From the human T2T-CHM13v2.0 reference genome, Homo sapiens: a stretch of 64,000 nt of DNA. The notes under the pieces were generated by a model that saw only the letters and a list, made by a program, of their open reading frames with translations, was not told where the DNA came from and ran no database searches. Position 1 is the first letter of the stretch; each line of letters starts with the position of its first letter. Shown here piece after piece: positions 30,333 through 44,278 of the stretch. The position numbers were made by a program, and so were the translations under genes. The DNA is taken from assembly GCF_009914755.1 (NCBI RefSeq), contig NC_060925.1; one strand, given 5' to 3'.

Positions 30333-33224
30333 GGTATATGCTAATTTAATAGTAAGGAAAAAAGGCACAAAACTAAAAAATTATATGACCAGAATAGTGG
30401 CTACTTACTGAATTGAAAATACATTATACTTGGATGGCTTATAATTACAACCCACAAATTGATTTCTGAGAGAAAAACAGTTAAGGAAAATCTCTTAAAA
30501 TGAAACAAAAATGACTGAACTGCAGGATGGCTGAATAGGAACAGCTCCAGTCTGCAGCTCCCAGCATGATCGATGCAGAATACGGGTGATTTCTGCATTT
30601 CCAACTGAGGTATCTGGTTCATCTCATTGGGACTGGTTGGACAGTGGATACAGCCCACGGAGGGCAAGCCGAAGCATGACGGGGCATCACCTCACCTGTG
30701 AAGCACAAGGGTTGGGGGATTTCCCTTTCCTAGCCAAGGGAGGCCGTGACAGACTGCACCTGGAAAATCAGTACACCTCTGCCCAAATACTGTGCTTTTC
30801 CCATGGTCTTAGCAACTGGCAGACCAGGAGATTCTCTCCTGTGCCTGGCTCGGCAGGTCCCATGCCCATGGAGCCTTGCTCACTGCTAGCGCAGCAGTCT
30901 GAGACTGACCTCAATCAATTCGGGGCTCTCAGCTCTGAAGGCTGTGAGACCCCTGATTTCCCACTGCATCCTCGCGGGGGGGAGGGGCATCTGCCATTGC
31001 TGAGGCTTGAGTAGGTAAACAAAGTGGCCAGGAAGCTCGAACTGGGCAGAGCCCACTACAGCTCAACAAGGCCTACTGCCTCCATAGACTTCACCTCTGT
31101 GGGCAGGGCATAGCTGAACAAAAGGCAGCAGACAACTTCTGCAGATTTAAACATCCCTGTCTGATAGCTTGAAGAGAGGAGTGGTTCTCCCAACACTGGG
31201 AGGTACCTCCCAGTAGGGGCCGACTGACACCTCATACAGGCAGGGGCCCCTCTAGGACGAAGCTTCCAGAGAAAGGATCAGGCAGCAATATTTGCTGTTC
31301 TGCAATATTAGCTGTTCTGCAGCCTCCGCTGGTGATACCCAAGCAAACAAGGTCTGGAGTGGACCTCCAGCAAACTCCAACAGACCTGCAGCTGAGGGAC
31401 CTGTTAGAAGGAAAACTAACAAACAGAAAGGAATAGCATCAACATCAACAAAAAGGACATCCATACCAAAATCCCATCTGTAGGTCACCAACATCAAAGA
31501 CCAAAGTTAGATAAAACCACAAAGATGGTGAGAAACCAGAGCAGAAAAGCTGAAAATTCTAAAAACCAGAGCGCCTCTTCTCCTCCAAAGGATCGCAGCT
31601 CCTCACCAGCAACAGAACAAAGCTGGATGGAGAATGACTTTGACAAGTTGACAGAAGAAGGCTTCAGAAGGTCAGTTAATAACAAACTTTTCTGAGCTAA
31701 AGGAGGATGCTCAAACCCATCACAAGGAAGCTAAAAACCTTGAAAAAAGATTAGATGAATGGCTAACTAGAATAAACAGTGTAGAGAAGACCTTAAACGA
31801 CCTGATGGAGCTGAAAACCATGGCACGAGAACTTCATGACACATGCACAAGCTTCAGTAGCCGATTTGACCAAGTGGAAGAAAGGATATCAGTGATTGAA
31901 GATCAAATTAATGAAATAAAGCAAAAAGACAAGATTAGAGAAAAAAGAGTAAAAAGAAATGAACAAAACCTCCAATAAATATGGGACTATGTGAAAAGAA
32001 TCTGCATTTGACTGGTGTACCTGAAAGTTACAGGGAGAATGGAACCAAGTTGGAAAACACTCTTCAGGATATTATCCAGGAGAACTTCTCCAACCTAGCA
32101 AGGCAGGCCAACATTCAAATTCAGGAAATACAGAGAACACCACAAAGATACTCCTTGAGAAGAGCAACCCCAAGACACATAATTGTCAAATTTACCAAGG
32201 GTGAAATCAAGGAAAAAATGTTAAGGATAGCCAGAGAGAAAGGTCGGGTTACCCACAAAAGGAAGCCCATCAGACACAGTGCCTCTCTCAGCAAAAACCC
32301 TATACGCCAGAAGCGAGTGGGGGCCAATATTCAACATTCTTAAAGAAAAGAATTTTCAACGCAGAATTTCATATCCCGCCAAACTAAGCTTCATAAGTGA
32401 AGGAGAAATAAAATCCTTTACAGACAAGCAAATGCTCAGAGATTTTGTCACCACCAGGCCTGCCTTACAAGAGTTCCTGAAGAAAGCACTAAACATTGAA
32501 AGAAACAATCAGTACCAGCTACTGCAAAAACATGCCAAATTGTAAAGACCATCGATGTTATGAAGAAACTGCATCAATTAATGGGCAAATAACCAGCTAT
32601 CATCATAATGACAGGATCAAATTCACACATAACAGTATTAACCTTAAATGTAAATGGGCTAAATGCCCCAATTAAAAGACACAGACTGGCAAATTGGATA
32701 AAGAGTCAAGACCCATCAGTGTGCTGTATTCAGGAGACCCATCTCACGTGCAGAGACACACATGGGCTCAAAATAAAGGGATGGAGGAAGATCTACCAAG
32801 CAAATGGAAAGTGAAAAAAAAGCAGGGGTTGCAATCCTAGTCTCTGATAAAACAGATTTTAAACCAGCAAAGATCAAAAGAGACAAAGAAGGCCATTACA
32901 TAATGGTAAAGGGATCAATTCAACAAGAAGAGCTAACTATCCTAAATATATATGTATCCAATACAGGAGCACCCAGATTCATAAAGCAAGTCCTTAGAGA
33001 CCTGCAAAGAGACTTAGACTCCCATACAATAATAATGGGAGACTTTAATACCCCATTGTCAATATTAGACAGATCAACAAGACAGGTTAACAAGGATATC
33101 CAGGACTTGAACTCAGCTCTGCACCAAGCAGACCTAATAGACATCTACAGAACTCTCCACTCCAAATCAACAGAATATACATTCTTCTCAGCACCACATT
33201 GCACTTATTATAAAAGTGACCACA

Positions 33225-33900
33225 GGTGCTGGAGAGGATGTGGAGAAATAGGAACACTTTTACACTGTTGGTGGGACTGTAAACTAGTTCAACCATTGTG
33301 GAAGTCAGTGTGGCGATTCCTCAGGGATCTAGAACTAGAAATACCATTTGACCCAGCAATCCCATTACTGGGTATATACCCAAAGGACTATAAATCATGC
33401 TGCTATAAAGACACATGCACACGTATGTTTATTGCGGCACTATTCACAATAGCAAAGACTTGGAACCAACCCAAATGTCCAACAATGATAGACTGGATTA
33501 AGAAAATGTGGCACATATACACCATGGAATACTATGCAGCCATAAAAAATGATGAGTTCATATCCTTTGTAGGGACATGGATGAAACTGGAAACCATCAT
33601 TCTCAGTAAACTATCGCAAGAACAAAAAACCAAACACCGCATATTCTCACTCATAGGTGGGAATTGAACAATGAGATCACATGGACACAGGAAGGGGAAT
33701 ATCACACTCTGGGGACTGTGGTGGGGTCGGGGGAGGGGGGAGGGATAGCATTGGGAGATATACCTAATGCTAGATGACACATTAGTGGGTGCAGCGCACC
33801 AGCATGGCACATGTATACATATGTAACTAACCTGCACAATGTGCACATGTACCCTAAAACTTAGAGTATAAGAAAAAAATTAAAAAATAAAAAATAAAAA
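33225..33900 (+). mobile_element. 5'-truncated L1HS, Ta-0 subset, nested in the L1PA6 endonuclease region
   Basis: Ta diagnostics ACA (33779-33781) and G (33864); Ta-0 alleles G33385 and C33388; TSD ATAAAAGTGACCACA at 33210-33224 and 33901-33915. Confidence 0.95.
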
Positions 33901-35243
33901 ATAAAAGTGACCACATATTTGGAAGTAAAGCACTCCTCAGCAAATGTAAAAGAACAGAAATCACAACAAACTGTCTCTCAGACCACAGTGTAATCAAATT
34001 AGAACTCAGTATTAAGAAACTCACTCAAAACCACACAACTACATGGAAACGGAACAACCTGCTCCTGAATGACTACTGGGTAAATAATGAAATGAAGGCA
34101 GAAATAAAGATGTTCTTTGAAACCAATGAGAACAAAGAAACAACATACCAGAATCTCAGGGACACATTTAAAGCAGTGTGTTGAGGGAAATTTATAGCAC
34201 CAAATACCCACAAGAGAAAGCAGGAATGATCTAAAATCAACATACTAGCATCACAATTAAAAGAACTAGAGAGGCAAGAGCAAACACATTCAAAAGCTAG
34301 CGGAAGGCAAGAAATAAATAAGATCAGAGCAGAACTGAAGGAGAGAGAAACATAAAAAACCCTTCAAAAAAATCAATAAATCCAGGAACTGGTTTTTTGA
34401 AAAGATCAACAAAATTGTTAGACCACTAGCAAGACTAGTAAAGAAGAAAAGAGAGAAGAATCAAATAGATGCAATAAAAAATGATAAAGGGGATATCACC
34501 ACCAATCCCACAGAAATACAAACTACCAAAATGCCTCTACGCAAATAAACTAGAAAATCTAGAAGAAATGGATAAATTCCTGGACACATACACCCTCCCA
34601 AGACTAAACCAGGAAGAAGTTGAATCTCTGAATAGACCAATAACAGGATCTGAAATTGAGGCAATAATTAATAGCCTACCAACCAAAAAAAGTCCAGGAC
34701 TAGATGGATTCACAGTTGAACTCTACCAGAGGTACAAAGAGGAGCTGGTACCATTCCTTCTGAAACTATTCCAAGCAATAAAAAAAGAGGGAATCCTCTC
34801 TAACTCATTTTATGAGGCCAGCATCATCCTGATACCAAAGCCTGGCAGAGACACAACAAAAAAAGAAAATTTTAGACCAATATCCCCGATGAACATCGAT
34901 GCAAAAACCATCAATAAAATACTGGCAAACCGAACTCAGCAGCACATCGAAAAGCTTATCCACCACAATCAAGTCGGCTTCATCCCTGGGATGCAAGGCT
35001 GGTTCAACATATGCAAATCAATAAACGTAATTCATCGCATAAACAGAACCATCGACAAAAACCACATGATTATCTCAATAGATGCAGAAAAGGCCTTTGA
35101 CAAAATTCAACAGCACTTCGTGCTAAAAACTCTCAATAAACTAGGTATTGATGGGACATATCTCAAAATAATAAGAGCTATTTATGACAAACCCACAGCC
35201 AATATCATACTGAATGGGCCAACACTGGAAGCATTCCCTTTGA

Positions 35244-35534
<291 letters not shown>

Positions 35535-36051
35535 TGAGTGAACTCCCATTCACAATTGCTACAAAGAGAATAAAATACCTAGGAATCCAACTTACAAGGG
35601 ATGTGAAGGACCTCTTCAAGGAGAACTACAAACCACTGCTCAATGAAATAAAACAGGACACAAACAAATGGAAGAACATTCCATGCTCATGGATAGGAAG
35701 AATCAATATCGTGAAAATGGCACATTGCCCAAGGTACTTTACAGATTCAACGCCATCCCCATCAAGCTACCAATGACTTTCTTTGCAAAATTGGAAAAAA
35801 ACTACTTTAAAGTTCGTATGGAACCAAAAAAGAGCCCACATAGACAAGACAATCCTAAGCAAAAAGAACAAAGCTGGAGGCATCACACTACCTGACTTCA
35901 AACTACATTACAAGACTACGTAACCAAAACAGCATGGTACTGGTACCAAAACAGATGTATAGACCAATGGAACAGAACAGAGGCCTCAGAAATAAAACCA
36001 CACATCTACAACCATCTGATCTTTTGCAAACCTGACAAAAACAAGAAATAG

Positions 36052-36159
<108 letters not shown>

Positions 36160-36188
36160 TGAATTAAAGACTTAAATGTTAGACCTAA

Positions 36189-36554
<366 letters not shown>

Positions 36555-38288
36555 AAAGACTTCATGAGTAAAACACCAAAAGCAATGGAAACAAAAGCCA
36601 AAATAGACAAATGGGACCTAATTAAACTAAAGAGCTTCTGCACAGCAAAAGAAACTATCATCAGAGTGAACAAGCAATCTACAGAATGGGAGAAAATTTC
36701 TGCAATCCGTCCATCTGACAAAGGGCTAATATACAGAATCTATGAAGAACTTAAACAAATTTACAAGAAAAAAACAAACAACCCCATCAAAAAGTGGGCA
36801 AAGGATATGAATACAGACACTTCTCAAAAGAAGACATTTATGCAGCCAACAGACACATGAAAAAATGCTCATCATCACTGGTCATCACAGAAATGCAAAT
36901 CAAAACCACAATGAGATACCATCTCACGCCAGTTAGAATGGCGATTAAAAAGACAGGAAACAACAGATGCTGAAGAGGATGTGGAGATATAGGAACACCT
37001 TTACACTGTTGGTGGGAGTGTAAATTAGTTCAACCACTGTGGAAGACAGTGTGGTGATTCCTCAGGGATCTAGAAGTAGAAATACCATTTGACCCAGCGA
37101 TCCCATTACTGGGTATATACCCAAAGGATTATAAATCATGCTACTATAAAGACACATGCACACATATGTTTACTGTGGCACTATTCACAATAGCAAAGAC
37201 TTGTAACCAACCCAAATGTCCATTAATGACAGACTGGATTAAGAAAATGTGGCCCATATACACCATGGAATACAATGCAGCCATAAAAAAGGGTGAGTTC
37301 ATGTCCTTTGCAGGGACATGAATGAAGCTGGAAACCATAATTCTTAGCAAACTATCACAAGGACAGAAAACCAAACACCACATGTTCTCACTCATAGGTG
37401 GGAACTGAACAATGAGAACACTTGGATACAGGGCGGGGAACATGACACACCAGGGCCTGTTGCGGGGTAGGGAGCTGGGGGAGGGATAGCATTAGGAGAA
37501 ATACCTAATGTAAATGAGTTGATGGGTGCAGCAAACCAACATGGCACATGTATACCTATGTAACAAACCTGCTTGTTGTGCACATGTACCCTAGAACTTA
37601 AAGTATAAATAAATAAATACGAAACAAAACAAGTCGGGCACTTTAGTATTTGTAAGTCACTCTCAAATTCAACAGGATCATTACATAAAGGTAATGAGTG
37701 GATGGAAGGAGTTGGGAGACACAATCATGAATATAATTTTAGCTTTTCATTCCCTAGGAAGCAGACTCAGAAAAATAAGAATAAAAAATTTAGCTTTTCA
37801 AAGATTTTTCTGAATACAGTTCTTACAGCTTAAGGAAATCCATGTAATAAAAAGACATGTTCTATCTAATTAAAACTCATTTAAAAGATATGCATTGTGA
37901 TGACAAAAGATTTTACAAATATGAGTACATACTTTACAGTACCAGAAAATAGGAAAGAGTGACATCAAAGAACCAGAAACAAAAATTTCTGTAACATATA
38001 ATGGAGAACATCAATCAAAGCTGAGAGGCTCTAACCAAACATAGGCAAAAGACTGTATTTAATCCTTAGCCATACTAAATAGTCCAGTTTTCCTGAAAAA
38101 CAAACCAACCACCCCAAGCTCAGAAACAAGAAACGGTCATGATAGAAAATATTGAGATACATGAGATTTTAAGACCATGCTGGCAACCCACTCTGTACAC
38201 ACAGAGCTTTTTAGCTGCAGTGTTTGCCACTAGGCACAAAATATGCAGCATCATTTTTTTAAATTAATTTTTAAAAATACATACTTTA

Positions 38289-38333
38289 TTCCAGCTTGGG
38301 CAACAAAGTGAGACTCTGTCTGGAGGGAAAAAA
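38289..38333 (+). mobile_element. Extremely 5'-truncated Alu (~45 bp)
   Basis: ttccagcttgggcaacaaagtgagactctgtct plus A tail; degenerate TSD aaaaatacatacttta / aaagatacatatttta. Confidence 0.78.
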
Positions 38334-38801
38334 AAAGATACATATTTTAACAGGAGAAAAAGACAAGGACTAATATAAAGAACCTACTATAAATTTGACA
38401 TTAAAAAAGATTAACTAAAGGTATTCTCTGGAAAATGCAATGGATGATCTGTATGCCAGTAAATGAATCCATGCTACAAATAAGAGTGTAGGAACACGAA
38501 TAGTACAGATAGATCCAAATAATAAATAACTTGGTAAATAAAATTCATCAGAGGTAAAAAGCAATGTAAGTTGTTAAAGTACAATTTAATTACAAATATT
38601 TGAAACATACTTGCATTCCCAGCCTCCAAATTAGTTACAAACCTTTTACAGAAAAGTCCCAAAGAATCAATAGAGAAATTTGAATACAGCTGGTGGGTAA
38701 AGGGAAGACACATAGATATGTGATATTTACAAGTATTGGTAAAATTTAGCTTGTGGCTATAATGTTTTTCATTATAAACCCTTTCACTTTTGTTGTATGT
38801 T

Positions 38802-39321
38802 TGTGATGGGCTTCAGGACATGGTAATCCCCAAATATTTTAAGCTGAAGGAATGTGGGAAAACAACAGAAGCAGGAAGGTAACCTTCACCTTCCTCCATC
38901 TCCTCCTCTGTAGCAGGACATAAAACCTTCCCAGGTTTTATGGGTTTTCTGAACTCTTCCAGAAGCAAGTCATAAGACCCTCATGTGACAGGTTCCTAGA
39001 GGAAAGGAGCCAAAGACACAGAGAGACCAAGAAGAATCTGAACAAACAAGTCTAAATTACCCCCCATTTATTACCATTAGATCATACCCGCTTTGTCCAA
39101 TTCTATTGCTCCCCAATTATCTACTTCATTATCACATCTAGCATAAAAATATACAAGTTTAACTGTTTCTTCAGGTTTTCATTTCTTTATGAAGCCCTCT
39201 GTGTCACATAAAACTTAAGAAAACACTGATTATGCTTTTCTCTTGTTAATATGTCTTTTGCTATAAGGACTTTAGCCATGAACCTAGGACAGGTGAGGAA
39301 AAGACATTTTCCTCCCCTATA
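38802..39321 (+). mobile_element. ERV1 solo LTR, MER39/MER34 family
   Basis: tgtgatgggcttcaggacatg...gaagaatctgaacaaac...ttattaccattagatcataccc...ttttcctcccctata. Confidence 0.75.
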
Positions 39322-40659
39322 ATTGCTTACATTTTTTTTTAAAAAAAACCTTTAAATTATTTCAGTGAAGCTGCTGTCTCAAAGCTCAATACTGGGCAAT
39401 AGTGAAAAGGTAAGTAGGTGACAGCAAAGAGACTACAGAAAAACCCAACATGTATTGTTAGCATTGTTTTACATATAAAGACCATCTCATCACAATAAAT
39501 CTAAGAGCTAGATGGTACTATCTCAATTACACACACATGTGCACATGCATGCACACATACATGCACACACCTGAGGCTCAGAGACTAACTTAACCAAGTT
39601 ACTTGGGTATCAGTGAACATTAAGCCTGAGATAAAAATCTGTGTACAGGTTTTTAAATTGACCTGAAATCTAAAAACATTTATCATTTATTTTCTACAGA
39701 TATCCAAGAAAGTGACTCTATCTCTGCTTTACTTGGGGTGGCGCTTTAAATAATGAGAGCAATGTGAAATATACTTTGCAAAATATAACAATATACAATA
39801 ATTATACAAAATATAAATAACTTAAGTGTCAAAGTCCTTTATAATTTTCAACATTATCTGACTCATATTTTGTCTTACTTGAATTAGTTATTTGTATACA
39901 CCTTTTACATTTCAAGTAATTCACTTGAAATTAGGATCTAGATCTGATTCATTTCTACATTCTTTGAAACAGGGCCTTGAATAGTAGTTATTTAATAAAC
40001 ATTTACCTAAGGAAAGAATGTGATCCTCACAATAAATATGCAAGATGGCTAGGACAACTGTTCACATTATTCTTATTAAATAGTTGCAGGATGGAGGCAG
40101 AACATATTCTGATGCTATTTCTCAGCTAAATAGCTCATTTGTTGAAACAGGGCTCCAATCTTTTCCCATTATACCCTGACTCAAAAAAAAAGACACTAAC
40201 CCTGATTCTCCAATTGAGGGTCTGACAGGGTGTCCAAAGGAAAAAGCTTTAGTTATATTATTTTTTGAGTGTTTGGGAAATCCTGAAATATGGATCTTAA
40301 TGTAAATATAAAGTGTTTGAAAATGTCTCAACTTCTGCTTCATTGCAACAGAATGGTAGAAGGAAAATGAAAGCGCTTCTTCAAAATGCTAAACGTAGTT
40401 ATGTTACCTAAAACTCGAGAAAAACAGAATTTGAAATATAACAGCTAGCATTTATACTCAGCACTTTGGAACAACTCCATGTGTATGTTATTTTTTGTGA
40501 TTTTTCATAATATCCAGTGAGAGATTACTATTATTTCCATTTCATTAATGAAGAGGCTTCAGAGACAGTTAAGTGTTAAAGTTAGTAGGTGGCTGAATTG
40601 GGATTTGAAACAACCTAAGTCATGCTTTTTGCAGTCTACTATGCTGTTCCTTACAGAGA

Positions 40660-41335
40660 ATTAGTAAATAGCTTTCTAATTGGTCTCTCTCCACTTCCAT
40701 TCCATCCTATAAAAGACAACCAGAATAATTCTTCTGAAATAAAAATTTGATCATGTGGCTTCTCTGCTTAAAATCTTTCAATGGATCCATGTACCCTACA
40801 AGATAAAATCCACCAGAACCCTTGGCACAGTATACATAACACTTCAAAACCTAAATCCTTTAAGATTTGGCCCCTTATTATGTCTCCATCCTCATCTACT
40901 TCTTCTCTTTACATTATTTTATTTTATTTTTCAGGATCTAGGGCTGACAATCTTCTCTTTACCTTCTTTCCCTAAGTTATTCCAAATGATTTGCAGTCCC
41001 TCCTCTTATCTGCAATGAGGCCCCTTTTCCTACTATGCACCCAACTCATCAACCTATAACCCATCCTTCAAATTTTAACTCAGAAATCAATGAGTCCCCT
41101 TTCTCAGCTTTCCTAGCTCCTTTCTCTAGATAATCATTTCCTCTTGTATGCTACATTTATATCTGACCCATACTTATGGCATTTAAATACCATATTAAAA
41201 TTATTTGTTTACCCACCTTTTCTCTCTATTTGATAGTGAAGCCCTAAGGGATGTCTCATTCATGTTTACAACCCTGGGATCCAATATACTGCCTGACAGT
41301 AGCAGGCATCAGATCCATGTTTGCTGAGCTGAATT
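40660..41335 (+). mobile_element. L2 relic
   Basis: tttgatcatgtggcttctctgcttaaaatctttcaatgg...tgcctgacagtagcaggcatc...tgtttgctgagctgaat. Confidence 0.65.
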
Positions 41336-42242
41336 TAAATATACTCAGAAAGTACACAAATGTTAACATAGGATTTGGATATTACAAAATATAAATGTTT
41401 CAAAGGGGAAAAAAGCCTAAAACCCTTTCACTGAATTGTGTATCACAATGGCAGTTGCCCTGAAGGTCCCTGTTAGCATTCTGTGCCCCAGGTGGGTCTC
41501 CAGAAGGTTCATTACTTTCATATTACCACTGTGGCAATTTATTAATGAGCTCAGTAAAAGCAAGACAAATTGAAATGACAGCCCTGGCAACTAACATCTC
41601 TTATTTATCGCTAGAGCTAGTCTCTCACTAGCAGTGCCATGGATAAGCCTTCTTCAGTGCAAAACAATTTTTATGGAGCATCTTCTAAGAGATCTGCAAA
41701 CACTGTGATCGGCACTAAAGAAAATCCAAATAAGTATAACTCCTCATTAAGGTAGGCAAAAGTTGTGTTCTTGAAAAATAACTCAATTGAAAAACAGCTA
41801 TCTGTTAAAAGTTACAGTCAAGGATTCATTATATGATTCATCAATTATGGGTCAGCTGCCTATCTAACTGAAGTACCACCAGGACTCTTCTACCTTCACC
41901 ATGATGAAGGCAGGCATTACAAGAATTTGCATGAGGAGGAAACCAAGAGCCACAACTAGGCATTCTGGCAGAAGAAGTCTGTAAAAGTAAAGCCTCCATC
42001 CCTGCAAAGGTTTGAAGGCTGAAGGCTTCCTGGCACCAGAGCATCCCTACTTAAGGCTGATCTCTTGAGATAAAGCCAAATCATAAGCTGTTAACATAGC
42101 AAAAGTAAACTTTACAGTACAACTAGACACAAATATGCTCTAAATGAGAGAAAGACAAATGGCAGGAAAATCTGAGGATGGAGGAAGATACTTTGTACTC
42201 ACTGTTTTGCACCGATGACTATAGTACCTCCAGGAAACATCT

Positions 42243-42419
42243 CTATTTCAGTTTCCCAGGGCTGCTGTAACAAAGTACTCTAAACTGAGTATCTTAAAAC
42301 AACAGAAATTTATTCTCTCATAGTTGTGGAGGCCAGAAGTCCAAAATCAAGGTGTTGGTAGAGTCATGCTCTCTCTGAAGATCCTTCCCTGTCTCTTCTA
42401 TCTTCTAGTAGCTGCCAGG
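42243..42419 (-). mobile_element. MLT1 LTR 3' portion, inverted
   Basis: gtttcccagggctgctgtaacaaagtac...aacagaaatttattctctcatagtt. Confidence 0.82.
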
Positions 42420-44106
42420 AAACTAATACAGATTTTGGTACCAAGAGTGGTGCACTACTCTAACAAATACTTAAAAATAAATAAGTGGCTTTGGAATGGG
42501 GTAACGGGTAGGGACTGAAAGAATTTTGAGATGCTTGATAGAAAAAGTCTAAATTTCCTTGAAGAGATAGTTGGTAGAAATATGAGCACTAAAGATGCTT
42601 CTGGTAGAGCCTTCAAAGGAAATGATCAATATGTTATTGGACACCTGGGGAAAGGCAATCCTTGTTATGTAGCAGCAGAAAACTTGTCCGAATTATGTTG
42701 AGCCACTAGGTGAAAAGTAGAACTTACAAGTGATAAACTTGGACATTTAGCTGAGGCGATTTCTAAGCAAAGTGTGGAAGTATGGCCTGGGTTCTCCTTG
42801 GTGCTTACAGTAAAATGTGAGAGGAAAGAAATAAATTGAGGAATGAACTATTAATATTAAGCAAAAAAGGAACAGCACTTGGTAATTTAGAAAATTCTCT
42901 GCCTATCCAGATAGTGTGCTCTGGAAACAGGGCCAGGGCAAGGGTATAGCATTTGCATGTGATTCACAAACCCAGTCAATCATCTCTGCAAAAGCCAGGA
43001 ATAGAGATACAGTTATGTAGCAAAGATATGTGGAGAACATTCTTGTTAGATGGATTGGACCTGCATTGCACAGGAGACTGACAAGGTTTTTGAGAATTTC
43101 ATACCAGCAAAAGTACTACCAGCCATAACTGAAATGGACAGAGATGGAATGATATGCAGGACGACTGGCTCTGAGGGCAAAGCCACAGATGGAGAGGTCT
43201 GGGCCAATGAGACATTCTCAGGCTAAAGTGGTAGGGCCACCCCAGCAGTCCAGAGGACAGAGAATCAAGCCAGAGAGAATTATTCTCAGGCTCTGAAATC
43301 TAATGCAGTTTTCCCTGCTGGGTTGTGAACTTACTTTAGACCAGTGACTCCTTTATTCTTTCCATTTTCTCCCTTTCATAATGGCAATGTCTTTCCTATG
43401 CCTATCTTACCATTGTATCTTGGAAGCAAATAGCAACTTGTTTTCTAGGCTTCAAAGCAGATGGGAATAAATTTTGTTTCAGGAAGGACTATACCCAGAG
43501 GCTCACTCATATCTGATTTAGATTATATAAAAAATGAAATTAGGAACTTTTTGAGTTGATTATATTTAGATGGGATTTTGGACTTAGAGTTGATGCTGGA
43601 AGGAGTTGAAACTTTTGGAGATGTTGGGATGGGGTGGATATATTTTGCACATGAGAAGAACATAAATTTTAGGGGGCCAGAATTGTGAACTGTGTTAAAT
43701 TGTGTCCCTAAAATTGTGTACCCCTGGTACCTGTGAATTGCCCTTACTTGGAAATAGGGTCTTTGCAGATATAAACAAGTTAAGATGACGTCATTAGGGT
43801 AGGCCATGATCCAATGTGATGGTGTCCTTAAGAGTTAAAGACCATATGAAAACAGAGATACACAGGGAGAACACAATATGACATCAAAGCCAGAGACTGG
43901 AGTAATACAACTGCAAGCCCAGGAACACCAAGGACTGAGCTAGGAAAAGGCAAGAAAAGATTCTACCCAGAGTCTCTGAGGGAGCATGGCCTAGTTAATA
44001 CCTTAATATTAGACTTCTAGCCTCCAGACTGAGAGAATAAATTTCTGTTGTTCTAAGCCAACTAATTTGTGGTACTTTGTTACAGCAACCCTAGGAAACT
44101 AAAACA
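42417..44106 (+). mobile_element. MLT1C-like MaLR provirus: 5' LTR stub, internal region (42431-~43685) and 3' LTR (~43691-44106)
   Basis: ggaaactaataca|gattttggtacc LTR-internal junction; 3' LTR ends ctaggaaactaaaaca. Confidence 0.82.
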
Positions 44107-44278
44107 CCTCTTAATACTACCTAATATCTATTTAAGACTTAGTACATACCAGGCATGGTATTAAGTGCTTTACACTGGTGACCACATTTAAACCTCATCA
44201 CAACCCCATGAGGAAAAGAAATAACTTTCTGTTAAACCACTCTTAACCACTACACTAAACTTTCTCTTATGTACCATG

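Noticed and set aside
33711-33744. G-quadruplex-forming tract
   Set aside because: Standard feature of the L1HS 3'UTR, not locus-specific
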